Part shown: one piece after another, positions 36,421 through 50,284 of the stretch
Layout: each line of letters opens with the position of its first letter
Numbering within the stretch: the first letter of the stretch is position 1
Assembly (NCBI GenBank): GCA_965637545.1
Contig: OZ281496.1
Location: forward strand, 25,668,001-25,732,000
DNA length: 64,000 bases
Reading direction: 5' to 3'
Source of the DNA: Phallusia mammillata
Lineage: Eukaryota
Translations under genes and position numbers: made by a program
The notes under the pieces: model-generated
Told to the model about the DNA's origin: nothing
The model's input: only the letters and a program-made list of their open reading frames with translations
Database searches by the model: none

Positions 36421-38820
36421 ATGGTAACAAATACTGCACAGCTATTGAAAATCTTGGTCGTTTGCTGGCTAGCATACAATGCCAATGGTAAGATTACAAG
36501 TTATTTTATCAGCTAGACAACATTGCATACTGAACGTTTTTTGACTTGCAGCTTTGAAATGCATTAAATGCACCGGAATAGGTTTCGATAACTGCGATGC
36601 ACGTGGATATGTTGAAGAATGCAAACTGAACCAGGTACGCGTATTTCCAACATTAGACAGAATTCTGAACAAACGTAAAACTTGCTCACATAACTAAACA
36701 AAAACGAAATGATTTTAAACAAACTATGATTTTAACACTAAATTTAACATTTTTTAGAAATCTTGTGAAACTGTTATAAGACATTTGGACCAAAACCTAA
36801 TGGTGTGGAAAGGCTGTAAAGATCAAGTGGCTTGTAAGAGCAACCAATTGCAGGTAAATGCTTATTAATAAAATCAAAGAGAAACAATAAAATTTGATTT
36901 TCAATTAGAATTTTGCCGGGCCCGGGGTGTTGAAACAATGCAACTCAGATCAAACCAACTCTGTTTGTACTTGCTGCTGCGAAACGGAATTGTGTAATGT
37001 TGGGTTTCCAAGTTGTGTCACCTTTTTTCAGCCGGAAAACGCCAAAGGTTTGTAAGTTTCGACCTACTTAAACTTATTTGATCAAAAACAATCCTAAATA
37101 CATAATCCTGCCCTTAATCATAGGTCAAGGTTCCAGACAACTTTCGCGTTTTTCACGATCACGAATACAAAACACTCTCTGATTAATTAGCATGTTACAG
37201 AATTTTTCATAAAAAACTGTTACCCAAATAATTTTTGTAAGAAGAATTTTTCTGCGATGCGAAGGCTTAACAAATTGTTGCGAATCATACGCTTTTTCAG
37301 CACGAGATTGTCCGGTTGTTTCGACCAGTCTGCCTCACGGCACAATAGAGTGCAACAAAGATAACAGATCCGGGTCTGTATGTGAATATCAATGCACAGG
37401 GAAGGATTACTCATTGTGGCCAAAGCAACATGAAAACAACATTTGTTTAAGCAATGGATCGTGGTCTCGCAAAAAACCTTGTTGTGCACGTGAGTATCGA
37501 GAAATTTTGAAAGTCAATAACATTTGTTTTTAATATATTTACACGTATGATTTATCGCAGGCCCATGTCCACCTTACTATCTTGTTGATATTGCAATGGT
37601 TATTCATTTCACTGGAGAAAATGCAGAACACCTCCTAAAGACTTCACTGGAAGAGGCAGCAACCTTGTAAGTACAAAACGGTCTCTACTTAGTTAAGTCA
37701 AAATCTGGAACACACAATTTGTCTTATTAGACGGTCTGGTAATATTTGATTTTTTCCAGTGGTGTCATAGCCGATGATGCAGTCAAAATATCAGCTTTGT
37801 ACTACAACGAGAACCCTGTCGAATCCAGTCTTGTAAAGTTTAATGAATACGGCGAAAATGCAACACTTTTGCTGGAACTAATGCTCGAACGAGTCAAAGT
37901 ATCGAACAAAGGTAAGTTCAAGAGAGCTTTGCTTGTGTCGAGGGTGAATTCGGTTCGAATCAGGAGTCTGCGATGCAGACAAATCCTCAAACACGGTTTA
38001 AACTGACAACCCATGACGAACAAAAATATTATTATTAAAAAAATTTAACAACAGGACCGGTCAACACTGGGAAGGCAATGTGGTATGCCTTGGACAACAT
38101 GCTAACCCACGAAGCAGGAATAAGGGACAGCAGAGTTACAAGAAGTATGGACGTTTACATCAACACAAATCCCGATGACGACGTCAAAGGCCCAGCAGAT
38201 GAGGCAAGAAGGCGTGGTCTTCAGGTGTGATATTTGTGAAACATAAAAATTCTGTGCAAACTGCCCACATGCTTGTTATAGAAAACAACTGACTCGTTTA
38301 AGCTAACTCTTGAGCAACTGTTTCCCTTATTTATGTTAATATGTACATGACAATGGGGAAATAGTCAACATTTATTGTAATGGTAATGGCAATACGTGTA
38401 CTATGTTCAATTATATCAAAGTTTTTCGACTTGCGGCAAGATTATTGCCAAGTTTAATAAAGCGTTTGGTTCAGCGGGATTGGTGTGTCAACAAAACATG
38501 GGAATAAGTATCATCTTTGAATCTTACGAAACGGCAAAAGAGAAAAATAAGACCACCCTGCCCAATTTTGCTATGCCGATAAATTTGCTAAAAATTAAAA
38601 AGCAGGACCTATTCCACTCTTTGTTTTTTTTTAGGTGTACGTGTTCGGTTTTGAGATGGGCGATTTTAAATTCGACCGCCAGAAGTTGCTCGATATAGCT
38701 GGAAAAGAGGAACATATCTTCGTTTTCAACACGGATATTTTAAACCTAAGTGAAGAAGACTTAGAGAAGCTGGACAAACATTTTTGTCATAACCCTTGTG
38801 ATCACGTGTTGCATGATTGA
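36421..38820 (+). CDS. LU-like + CCP + VWA protein, gene F, chimera of H-type LU and C/D-type CCP-VWA
   Basis: Exons 36421-36487, 36552-36634, 36758-36853, 36909-37047, 37301-37489, 37561-37666, 37760-37911, 38055-38224, 38635-38820; frame open. Confidence 0.85.
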
Positions 38821-39170
38821 GTAAATACTGATGTTAAAAACACTGAAGTCGTCGTACTATTTTTAATTCAAAAAAATACTGTAAACTTGAACATAAAAAG
38901 GAAGTAAAAATGATAACACAGACAGAATCAAAACCAGATTTGCACTGAAAGCAGATGAGCTAATGAATGACATTCATTGCCTGCAGGCTAAATTAAGTTG
39001 GCTAGAAAAAAATCAGGGATAGTAAGTAGTTATGAGGTTTAGTCCACACCTTCACGTGGCTTAATGAACTGCAGCTGGGGTAAGCGTGACAGCGTTGCAA
39101 GCAATCACAAAACGTAATAGTTTCGTTGACAGATGTTCGTTATCAAAATAGTGACTGACTGGATACGAGA

Positions 39171-41835
39171 ATGTTGAAAATGTGTTTGGCAACTTTTCTT
39201 TTCTTTATTTGTTGTTTGTCAACAGTAAATGGTGAGTCGATTCGTATACATAAAAAAAGATGTAACCTAATTTATATTTGTATTCAGCCTTGAAGTGTAT
39301 GAAATGCGACGGATTAAGCAGCTTTGATGATTGCGATGCATTTGGACAAGTAGAGAATTGCATGCCAAACCAGGTACATATTTTGCATGTATTTTAACCA
39401 ACAAGACCCATGAGCCTGGGTTTATTGTGCTAACATATAAAAAAGCAGCATTGTTATAAAATCTGTGTTGTCACTAGAACTCATGCGAGACTGTCGTAAG
39501 GGGCAAATACGAAAATATGCTTGTGTGGAAAGGCTGTAAAGACACCATGGCTTGTAAAGGCAATCAAATACAGGTAACGCAAAACCAAAATTAACAGCAA
39601 CCAAAGTTAAACTTCATCTATTGCACGTTAGAATACAAGATATTCGGGAAGGTCAACTCAGTGCAAACCTAACAAAGCCAGCTCAGTTTGTACATGTTGC
39701 TGTGATACAGATATGTGCAACACAGGATTTCCTAACTGCATATCGAAATATCGACCAAAAAGTGACCCAGGTATTTTGATTCCAAATGTTTATCATATAC
39801 TCATACAGAAAAAGTGTAATACGATTTTTCATTCCAGCAGTGAAGGATTGCTCAGTGGCAGAGTCAAATTTTCCACACGGGAATGTTAAGTGTAACAAAG
39901 AAAACTTAGCGGGGTCGGTTTGTGAGTTTGAATGCACTGAAAAGGATTACTTCGTCTGGCCTAAACAAGGAAATACAAATGTGTGTCTTACTAATGGAAC
40001 ATGGAGCCAGGACAAACCTTGTTGCGCAAGTAAGTTGACTAAGAATTGTTTAATATCTGTCCCTCCAATAGACAACATAATCACCAATGGTATTATAAAA
40101 ATCAAATTCACCCAAAATACATCGTCAGTTTCATATTTATGAATTATTAAGTTTTTTTTCGATACAAACACGAAAATCTAACATCTGATTGTATAGGACG
40201 GGAAACATTTGTACAGCAACATGCAAAAAAATGCAACATGCATCTATTTCAACTTTACAATTATAACTTACATATACAAATCATAAACTTCCATACCCAA
40301 TCATAAACTTCTCTACCCAAATTAGTCGTTCACCCTTTGGTTTTAAAGATATACACATTTTGCTTTTACAGCATCGTCAATACCTTATTTAAATGGAACT
40401 CTAAACTTACATCCATTGCTATAAGGCCCATCCACCAAGCAACGAAATGTGTATATCCAACTTCAAGTTTGAATTACGAGTATTGCTTCTCTACCTACAA
40501 TTTAATTACCCAAAATAAGATTTTTCCAACCTTTTTTGTCAAATAAATTTATGTTTTCAAAGGACCATGTCCACCCTATTTTTTATCGGACAACGCAATG
40601 CTGATACATTTCATAGGAAAAGGCGCAGAAAGATTTGTACGAAGCGCCCCTCGGGGCATTATATAGTTAAGTATTGGATCAGAGTCAAAAACCTAAGTAT
40701 GCGTTTCTTTACATATCGCAATTACTGTGTTATAGCGGGGTGATAGCTGAAGACTCGGTGAAGATAACAACTATGTCCTTTGGCAAGAAACCTATAGAAT
40801 CAAGCATAATAAAATTTAACGAATACGATGCAAATTCAACACTTTTGCGTCAGATGCTGGTGGAACGAATTACGACTTCAGAAGGTAAAAACTACTATGT
40901 ACTCACTACATATTAATTCCCCGGTTAGTTCCGTTTTAATTTTATCATCAGTGTCAATTGTTTCTTTTCGCTAGTTTAAATTTAAATTCTTATAGGCGTT
41001 TCAATGAACAAAAGTTTACATTGGAATTGGTTTATGTAAAATGTGTTCAGTATCAGTCATGTAAAATGTGTTCAGTGTGAGTCATGTGATATATGTTCAC
41101 GATATGCCATGTGATTAGTCACTTAAATGCAATAATGATCGTTTTGACTTGTCACAGGGCCAGTGAACACAGGCCTAGCGATTGAATATGCACTCGATAA
41201 CTTGTTGACGCCAGAAGCTGGAATGCGAACTAACAGCGAAGTAGAAAAGACTGTGGAAATTGTTACCAACGCTCAACCCAGTGACAACGCAATACCAGCA
41301 GCGAAAAAAGCAAGGCAACGTGGTATTCTGGTAAGACGTCAACACATCTTCAATATATAAGCCGTTGCTGCCAGGCATAACATAGATTTATAGAGCTCTT
41401 CTGGCAATTTTTATACTATCTTTAAATAGCTCAAAAACTCAAGCCAACATCGGTTTGTATCGAAAATAAAACGTGGATGATATCAGTTGTATTAAACGTA
41501 CGCTTGGCAACCAAATAAAAGCAGTAATAGTCCTTAACTATACGAGGCCTAGAACAAAATTTTATTCAGCTTCGCTTTATTTAACTGCGTTTAAATGTTC
41601 ATTTCTCCTTTTGATACTGTTTCATGTACTTTTCGTGTCCTTTCAGGTATATGTATTCGCATTTGAAGTTGACGGATTTAAGTTTGACCGCGAGCAACTA
41701 CTACAAATCACAGGAGACGAAAAACACGTGTTTATATTCCAGGGTTATCACGACCAGTTGGCTCCAGAACAACTTCAAGACATAAACGACCACTTTTGCA
41801 AGGCCCCATGTGACCACGTGTTACATGATGAATAA
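39171..41835 (+). CDS. LU-like + CCP + VWA protein, gene G (~395 aa)
   Basis: Exons 39171-39231, 39288-39373, 39478-39573, 39632-39770, 39838-40029 (NAGNAG acceptor), 40563-40665, 40736-40884, 41158-41330, 41647-41835; frame open. Confidence 0.85.
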
Positions 41836-42368
41836 AATCGACATACGTTATATATAATACGATGAGTTCTCGCAATACAAAGAGTTTTGCACTCACAAAA
41901 CAAAAGTTTATGTTCTGTTTACCATTTTCCAAGTAACACTTTAAAAATTATATGGTTTGATAGTCAAGTACTAAATTAAGGTAGCACTGCCATACCTTAA
42001 AATATGTCTAGTTGTTTCCCAGAAAAGTCCCTCTGAAGCGAAATCAACAGCATATAATTGCGTAAAATAAATGCGTGATAGCTAAACATTTTTTAGTTAT
42101 ATTGAACTATTTATAAGTTTAATGGTGAAAATAACGGCCCAAATAGACGTAAAAAGTGACATGCTTTATTGTTCAAACGTTTCGGCAAATGCTCATGCCA
42201 TCATCGATGATATGAAGGCCATCAGTGATATGAACGCTTTGCATCGCAGCATTGTAAATTACGTGACAAAAAATCCACAATAATTGCAGCCAATGCTATT
42301 TGCATTGGACTATCTCAGGAAAGAGTTAAAACACGCGCAACATTGCATTTAATTTTGCAAATTGCCAC

Positions 42369-42539
42369 CTAAGTATGGAAGTAGCTTGTATGAGGTTTTA
42401 ACAAACTCCAATCAAAATCAATTTTCTCAAAATAAATACCTTGTCTCCAACCAAAATAATCATAAGATTTTACCTTGAAAACAGATCGTGATAAATACGA
42501 AGCCAACACACAATTACGTAAACCACATGATTGACTGTT
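42369..42539 (-). other. Second copy of the cryptic antisense coding-like exon, upstream of gene H
   Basis: NSQSCGLRNCVLASYLSRSVFKVKSYDYFGWRQGIYFEKIDFDWSLLKPHTSYFHT*; colinear with 36121-36291 with no indels. Confidence 0.4.
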
Positions 42540-42692
42540 TAGTTTTTCGCACTGCATAATCAGAGGTTTCAAACGAAACTTCTAATTTAAGACTTTTTGT
42601 TGTTACATGTAAAAAAGCAAGGCAAACGATATATTTTCATAGTTGCATTCTACTTTGCAAGGTTTTGGCAGGCTATTATACGCAAAAGCAAC

Positions 42693-45600
42693 ATGATAAA
42701 AGATAACACACAGATGTTTAAAATCTTTGTCCTTTGCTGGTTAGCATACAGTGCTAATGGTAAGATTAAAAGTTTTTTATTAGCTAGGATAAGATGGAAA
42801 TACTGATTTTTGTTTGTTTGCTTGCAGCTTTGAAATGCATTAAATGTACTGGAATCGGTTTTGATGATTGCGATGCTCGTGGATATGTGGAAGAATGCAA
42901 ACTGAATCAGGTAAGCGTTTTCCCAATATTATGTACAGAATTTTAAACAAAAGAAAAGTTTGGTAAAAGGCCAAAGCAAAGAAGATTTGGGCCACACATA
43001 CAAAGTGTATTGTGACTATTAATCTTTTAAGAAATCTTGTGAAACCGTTGTGAGGCGTTTGAACAAGAACCTAATGGTGTGGAAAGGCTGTAAAGATGAA
43101 GTGGCTTGCAAGAGCAATAAATTACAGGTAAATGAAAACATGACTATTGCCAAAGTGTTAACCAAACAACCAACTTGATTTTCTATTAGAATTTCGCCGG
43201 GCCCTGGGTGATTAAACAATGTAACTGAGATCAAACCAACTCTGTTTGTACTTGCTGCTGCGAAAAGGAATTTTGTAATGTCGGGTTTCCTGGTTGTATC
43301 ACTTATTATCAACCGGGAAACGCTGAAGGTTTAAAGATTTGACACACTTAAACTAATTTAATCAAAAAACAACCATAAGCTTTATCATAGTTCAAGACTG
43401 CACACAAGTGCCGGATAATTTTCCCCACGGAAAAGTTGAGTGTCACAAGGAAAATAAACGAGGATCGGTTTGTGAATACCAATGCACGGGCAAAGATTAA
43501 ATGGTGTGGCCGAAAGAAAGCAATACCAATGTTTGCCTCAGTAATGGATCTTGGGCGCATGCTAAACCATGCTGTGCAAGTAAGTAAATTTACCCTTGTA
43601 CTGTATGACAAAATGGGGGTATACTCGAGAATATTCTACCTAGATCTATATTTTAAAAACAACCTTAACTGTCACATTGAAGCTGCAAACAAAAAGCTGC
43701 TTTGTTGATGTGTAGGAACTTAATCAGGTTAAGAACCACCGACCTTTAGCATGTAAAGCAATAACATACAGCATGAACCGAAAAAAAGGTCCGAGCTATG
43801 TCAGTGACCCTACAGCAAAAGGTAAACATTGAGGTTCACTAAAAAAGGTTCAGTAATTTTGAAAAAATCTTTTACATTGTGGTAATATTTAAGTCATTGT
43901 ATTGTCAAGTTATGATTTATTAAAAAGTTTTGAGTTTATTTAAAACATTTTATTCAAAAAATTGTTTTTTATTGTTAGAGCCGTGTCCACCCTACTTTCT
44001 AGATGATAACGCCATGATTTTTCATTACACCGGTGAAAACGGAGATCAATACGTCAAGAATATCCCTGGGGATATTGTTTAGTTGAGTATAGGTTGATAT
44101 GTTGTGTTCAATAGTTGGCTATGTTTAGATCGTTTCTTTAATATAAACCTTTCAAGTTAGTTAAGAGTGATTATACCAAACAAAATCAGAGCCTCCCATA
44201 AACAGCATGATTATTCACGATACTTATATACACAATAAACAATAAATAACTGAAAATCGGAAATAATTTGCATGTAACAGGATCAGTCAACAAATTTACA
44301 TGGAATATACATACATTTCGCCTAGCTGGCATCTTCGGTGTCTTACGCAAATAAATTTTTTAGTTCATTAACCATTTTAAAAAACAATTCCAGTGGTGTT
44401 ATAGCCGAAGATTCAATCAAATTGTCAGTGATGTCGTTTGGCAGTGAACCAATAGAGTCAAGTGTTGTGAAGTATAACGAGTACGGTGCGAATTCAACTC
44501 GGTTGATTGAATTATTGCAGAAAAGACTGGTCAAAGCAGAAGGTTGGTTTAAATAAAAACAAACAATAACTTATGTTACGAAAGAAACGCACCTAATAGC
44601 TAACTTTACAAGTAACTGCTGCAAAAACTAGTAAAGCTGCGCTGTTAGAATCATTTAAAAAGCTGCTAAAAAATTCCATACAAAACCAGACTGACTGCTA
44701 CAAAACATCGTTGACATGCATTTATACATGGGTATGCCGTGATCGCTTGTCTGGATGGACGCTTCAGAGCTGATCCCAGTATAAGTGTATTCACATTAGC
44801 TGATCGTTAATATACAATTTCATAGGCCCAGTAAACACCGGTCTTGCGATGCAATATGCCCTTGACAATTTGTTGACTCCTGAAGCCGGGATGAGAACCA
44901 ACAGTAAAGTTGGGAAGACCTTGGAAATATTTAGCAACGTCCAACCAAGTGACAACGCAATACCAGTAGCTGAAAAGGCAAGAGAACGTGGAATCAAGGT
45001 TTGTGGATAAAACGGGATGTAATTTTGATGCAATCAAGTGACTGGCGTATCTGTATTAAGTGGTAACACCCGAAAGGGATTTGACTTTTAAATTCGAAGT
45101 TTAGGATCAACTCTGGGAAAACTAACAACATATCTTCTTTTTAAAAGAATAAAGCCAATAAATAAAAAGCTGCAGACAGTGCACACTTCAAGCAAGTTTT
45201 CTCTGTGGTGTATGCCAAGTTGTGGCATCGGACAGAATAGGTTAGGCATGGCTTTCAACCCTGTTAGTCGCAACACACTGTAGTGTCGTTGGATGGCTAT
45301 ACAATACCCAATACGGTAGATCTCTCGTCGCTGGCTGCACGGATGAGACCTATAAGGTTGAAACAGTGTGCATTGTCGGCAGGTCTTTATTTTTAGTGTG
45401 AACTATTGTCGCTTTCTGACATATAAAAACGGAGACAATCTTGGAATGCTGTTACGATAAATCTCTCAATGACGACTTAAGAGATCAACAGCAAGCAACG
45501 TACAAAAAAAACGTTATCATGGACTCAGTTTGTTATTTTACAAGTGTTGCCTACGTATTTCTTTTTTTAGGTATACGTGTTCGGGTTTGAAATGAACGGA

Positions 45601-45750
45601 TTCAAGTTTGATCGAAAGCAGTTGGTTAGAATAATTGGTAACAGCGAACACTTGTTCATACACCAGGGTTTCAACTACGATTTCACAGACGAAGAAATAA
45701 CGAAGATTCTGGATCATTTCTGCCGACCGTTGTGCGACCAAGTCTTGTGA
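42693..45750 (+). pseudogene. LU-like + CCP + VWA gene H, nonsense pseudogene
   Basis: Exons 42693-42759, 42828-42910, 43032-43127, 43190-43328, 43391-43579, 43979-44081, 44394-44542, 44826-44998, 45571-45750. TGA at 43226-28 (TCA in F) and TAA at 43498-500 (Tyr in paralogs). Tail CDQVL* lacks the His motif. Confidence 0.85.
45335..45382 (+). ncRNA. Degenerate type I hammerhead ribozyme in gene H intron 8, probably retroelement-derived
   Basis: ctgca-CGGATGA-gacct/ata/aggtt-GAAA-cagt/gtgc/attgt-C-ggcag: stem II of 5 bp, stem III of 5 bp, GUC cleavage triplet, stem I of 4 bp. Deviations are U4>G, G10.1-U11.1 and an N1.1 mismatch. Confidence 0.6.
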
Positions 45751-46690
45751 GATACGTAAATGTAAAAAAGGATATCCTTTCAGTGTGTTGTAAAAATGGT
45801 GTCCGAAATAAAAAATAAAAGGTGGTTAGTCTTTGTCACAATTTTTCTTTGGATGCAGTTGCATTGCAGAACCAAACTCCGTGCAACAAAACAGACAAAA
45901 CACTCAAAAAAGTAATTTCGTACTGCTGAAACCCATAAATTGTAAATGTGAATGTATTTGTTGAAGTATTTTGTACCAAAATTACATAAAGGTCTTCCTA
46001 CGTAATAATAAAAAAACGTATATTGACGATAACTACGTATCATGCGATCAGACATAAAAAAGAGTCCCGTACCTAAGTGTTTGTGATACTTGCATTGATT
46101 AATTTGATAAACTGTTACGTATACCAATCCCCCATAGCAAATTGAATCCAAAACAGTAACGCAAATGAATGTGATTTTTTCAGCAGCAGGCACAATTTTA
46201 TTTATTGCATATTGCACAGTTCTAATTAAGTTTTCAATGCCCCTTTTTTGCGAAACAACAATTGAAAACAAAAACTTGACTGCTAGACACAACAATTTTA
46301 TTTAAAACAGTGCTTCCGGTGGCAACTAAGATTTTTAGGCGAAAGACAAACTTGTACTGACTGACTTAGCTCCGGGATAGATTGAAGGTACACTTGATTC
46401 CGGAATGAAACCGTTTTACATTGGTTCGACCAACTACAAAACCGACTTACACCATCCAGAGGTTCAAAAAAACTTGTCATATAGATTCTAAAATTGACAT
46501 TAAACACCAGATAGAGAAACGGATGTACATGAAAACACATTAAAAACCAACTCCAAGCCCGAGGTCCTGGCTTTACACGTTTAGATCATTGTTGTAAAAA
46601 TGTTTTTCCCTCGGGCGATCAATGGCCTCAAACTGATGAGCTATTGCCAAACTATATTAGCAGTTTTTGCAGGCTGCTATAACACCGACG

Positions 46691-49476
46691 ATGACAAAAG
46701 CGGCTACACTATTGTTTTTTGTTGCTATAAACGTAGCTGCTGCCAATGGTAAGATATAATGAAAAAGATAAAGAAAAACAATGTCAAAATTGTAGGGTTA
46801 AAGGGACAGGATATTTTAGGTCGATTGCACCGCCCGAAACAAAGATTTTAAATATTAGTTTCACTTCTTTTTAGGCAGTAAGTACTGTGATTTTATTACC
46901 AATGTCCAATAAACGATTAGACATAAATTATGTTGAGTCAGTTAAAACATTCAGTAACGGTGGGTACAACGAAAAGTATTTTGCATTATGGTAATAGCAT
47001 ACGCAACTAGCATCGATCGTAAAAATATACAAAAACGACAAGTGACAAAAGCATCACCTAAATTTCCTACAGGTCTAAGATGTATGACATGCTATGGCTC
47101 AGGAAGCATTGACGAATGTGACGCAAGTGGAAAAGTCGAGCAATGTTTGCCAAATGAGGTTAGTAACGAGATTAATTGATATGTTGCTACAATTTACATT
47201 AATGCAATACTTATGTTAAGAAATCATGTGAAACAACTTTGAGACGTTCAGGCGATCACCTAATCGTCATGAAAGGGTGCAAAACTTCAAGAGCTTGCAA
47301 GGACAACCAAAAGCAGGTTTAGTTAAAATGACATAAAGGCGTGGTTGTTGCTGACTGAATTAAAAAGTGCCTAAAATGAATATTTTTTTTTTGTAAACTA
47401 TTTAAGATTTTAGAAGGATAAACGTTTGTTTGTTATTGTCGCAAAAGAACACAAGATACTCCGGGAGATCAACTCAGTGCAATTCAGATCAAGACAACTC
47501 CGTTTGTACTTGTTGTTGTAACGAAGACATGTGCAATATTGGAGTTCCTAACTGCAACCCCAATTACCCAAAAGTTAAACATGATGGTTAGTTGATGCCT
47601 TTCATACAGAAACATAAGCATTAAACATTTTGCCTGGTACAGCTAAAGACTGCAGTAAAGTATCACCGATATTTCCACACGGCAACGTAAACTGTCACGA
47701 CAAAGTTTGTGAATATCAATGCACGGAAAAAGATTACTCCGTCTGGCCGAGAAAAAGCGAGATTAACATTTGCCTCAGCAATGGATCGTGGGCGCATGAA
47801 AAGCCTTGCTGCGATCGTAAGTATACTGTAAAATACAATGTAACTTACATGTAATTATACACAACACAGATAAACTGAAGACAAACATCCAATTGCCTGC
47901 TCGTGGGTAACAAGCTGTTTTTCAGCAAAACTTTTTCAATTATGAACTGTATGTTTGATGCTATATACCCAAACAACATATTCAATCCTACAGCGAGCTC
48001 TACGGTTTATTAATTCTTTTTGTAAGTCTCTGTACAATATAACCTACGTAAAATTAATACATATCAAGGTGATATGACAAAACACCAGAAAATTTTCCTA
48101 GGCCGGGTGAAAAAATCCGTTCGTTAAGCCTTTATACCTATTGCGTAACCAAGCATGTTTTTGGACGCAACAATGTTTTTTTTTCAGTTTTTTTTTTTTT
48201 TAAAGTCAACAATGTTTTTTTTATCAGGCCATTGTCCACCATATATGATTGCTGATAACGCTATGCTTATTCACCATACTGGAGAAAGCGGAAAACGATT
48301 AATTGAACAACTACCCGACGGTCTTACATAGTTGAGTACAAATGTTAACAAGCTGAACAAAAAATCTGATGTACCAAGTAACTTATATCAAATTTTATGT
48401 TAAACTTTTTACAGTGCACCAATCGGAGAAGATGCTCTAAAGTTATCTGTGGTGTCCTTTGGTGATGACGTGGTTGAATCGAGTGTCATTAAGTTTAATC
48501 AATATGGATCAAACAAAACACATTTAAAGAAATTAATACATGAAAAACAAGTACTTTCTGATGAAGGTTAGTTGCCACACTTTGTTCATGTGTCTTTGCC
48601 TAATCAATTCTTTTTTTGTGGTTGTTAGGTGCTGTTGCATCTTCTTGTACTAACTGTTCAATGTGGACTGCTTTGCAAACTGACATACCAAAACTGCATA
48701 CAGTTGAAAACAAGAACTACATTATAACTGTAAATAACGCACATCTTACAATCTTTAGGCCCAGGAGATACAGGACTCGCCATGCAATACGCCCTGGATA
48801 ATATGTTGATCCCCGAGGCTGGCATGAGAACCAATCCCATAGTAATGAAAACTTTGGAACTTCACACCAACACGCAACCGAACGACAACGCAATAGAAGT
48901 TGCTGAGAGAGCAAGGGAACGTGGTTTCTTGGTAATAAAAAACGTTTTACAAAAATTTTAAATGAAGCTTGATAACCAAATCAGTTTGTTGAAAGCCCAA
49001 TTAGTCTTGTTTAAACGAATTAAATTGGCACCAAGTAATGCACTCTGTCCAACGCTTTTTAGTGCAGGCAAAAATGTCATATTGCATACGAAAATCTGTA
49101 AAAATCGAACCTACCGAATTCAAAACGTTTAGACTTGTAAACGTTTTAACTAAAAACAGCTGCAAAAGTTTTCAAAAGACTGCATGGTAATCCAAGCTGT
49201 CTAATTCAGTACCTAAAGGACATATCAATGAAATATGTCTATGTGTGATTATTTTATGTCCACCATATTTTATCATCGTTGTTTCAGGTCTACATTTTCG
49301 GATTCGCAGTGGACGGGTACAAGTTTGATCGCGAGCAGTTAATAAAGATAACTGGGGACAAGGAGCACGTATTTATCTTTCGTGGTTACAACGCCGATTT
49401 AACTCCTGAGAATATAAAGGACATGAATGATCATTTTTGTCCGAAACCATGTGACCACTTTTTTCACGATGACTAA
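46691..49476 (+). CDS. LU-like + CCP + VWA protein, gene I (389 aa)
   Basis: Exons 46691-46748, 47073-47158, 47221-47316, 47448-47586, 47643-47816, 48228-48330, 48415-48566, 48759-48931, 49288-49476; 1170 nt open. Confidence 0.85.
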
Positions 49477-50284
49477 ATTCAACAAGACTGTCCTTTCAAA
49501 AAAAAACAATAAAATATTAATTAACAAGCTTCTTTAAAACCAAGGTAATACACAGAATGAAAGTGAAAGTCATTGTCACTTTAATTGGATAAAACTGAAA
49601 GGTTTAAAAAATACATTTGCCAGAAGATCTTTGTAAATTTGATGTCATGCCTGGAAGCAACAGATTATATAATGAAAGGTTTCTGTTTATACGTACAAGA
49701 ATAAAAACCACCAGAAGTTCAATGTGTTGAAACTGAAGCTACAAAATTGTATACAACACACCGAAATACCTGCAATATAACCTGTTAGGTTATTGTTTGT
49801 TTACGTTGGCCGACCTAAAAACGGTTGCAGAAGTAAGATTATAAAATGGAAAAATCTGGTTTAATGCAGGATGAATCGACTGCTGATATATTGTAATTAC
49901 AATCAACATTACATTGTACAAAATCACGCAGCAATTTATAATGTCTGTTCGATATCTTGTGTTAGTTTGATTAATGTACTTCCTAAAAAGACTTAAGCAC
50001 TTTCTTCTATCGAAGAAGGAGAAAACTATCTGTCAGTTTAAAGTGTTGTTATTGCTCTCACAGAAAGGTATACATGTCATAAACATAACAAAGAAGAAAG
50101 TAAGTGACAGGATCAAATATAAGCTACGCAGGTAACCGTTTCCCCAAAATAAAACCTTACAACTTATGCTTGTCTTTCCCTTAGGCGATAAATACCGGAT
50201 AATTTGCAACTTTTGACGCCTAAACGATCAGACAGGCATTTTCACTATAAATGAGTCTGTTACCATCACATCAGTACAATTACA

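Noticed and set aside
40660-40672. TA|GTTRAG intron-6 donors in G-K forming an in-frame TAG if the intron is retained
   Set aside because: Phase-2 donors give an immediate stop in other paralogs too (GCG TAA, TTG TAA); there is no evidence of regulated retention.
41030-41095. ~25-bp tandem repeat atgtaaaatgtgttcagt...
   Set aside because: Two to three degenerate intronic copies without unique spacers; a simple minisatellite, not CRISPR.
41820-41835. C-terminal HDE/HDHE as an ER-retention signal
   Set aside because: Lacks the terminal Leu of HDEL/KDEL and varies (HDD, HNE, HDHP, HD).
46628-46672. Second hammerhead-like string ctgatgagctattgccaaac upstream of gene I
   Set aside because: G12 is C, stem II is only 2 bp and the cleavage triplet would be GUU; most likely coincidence.
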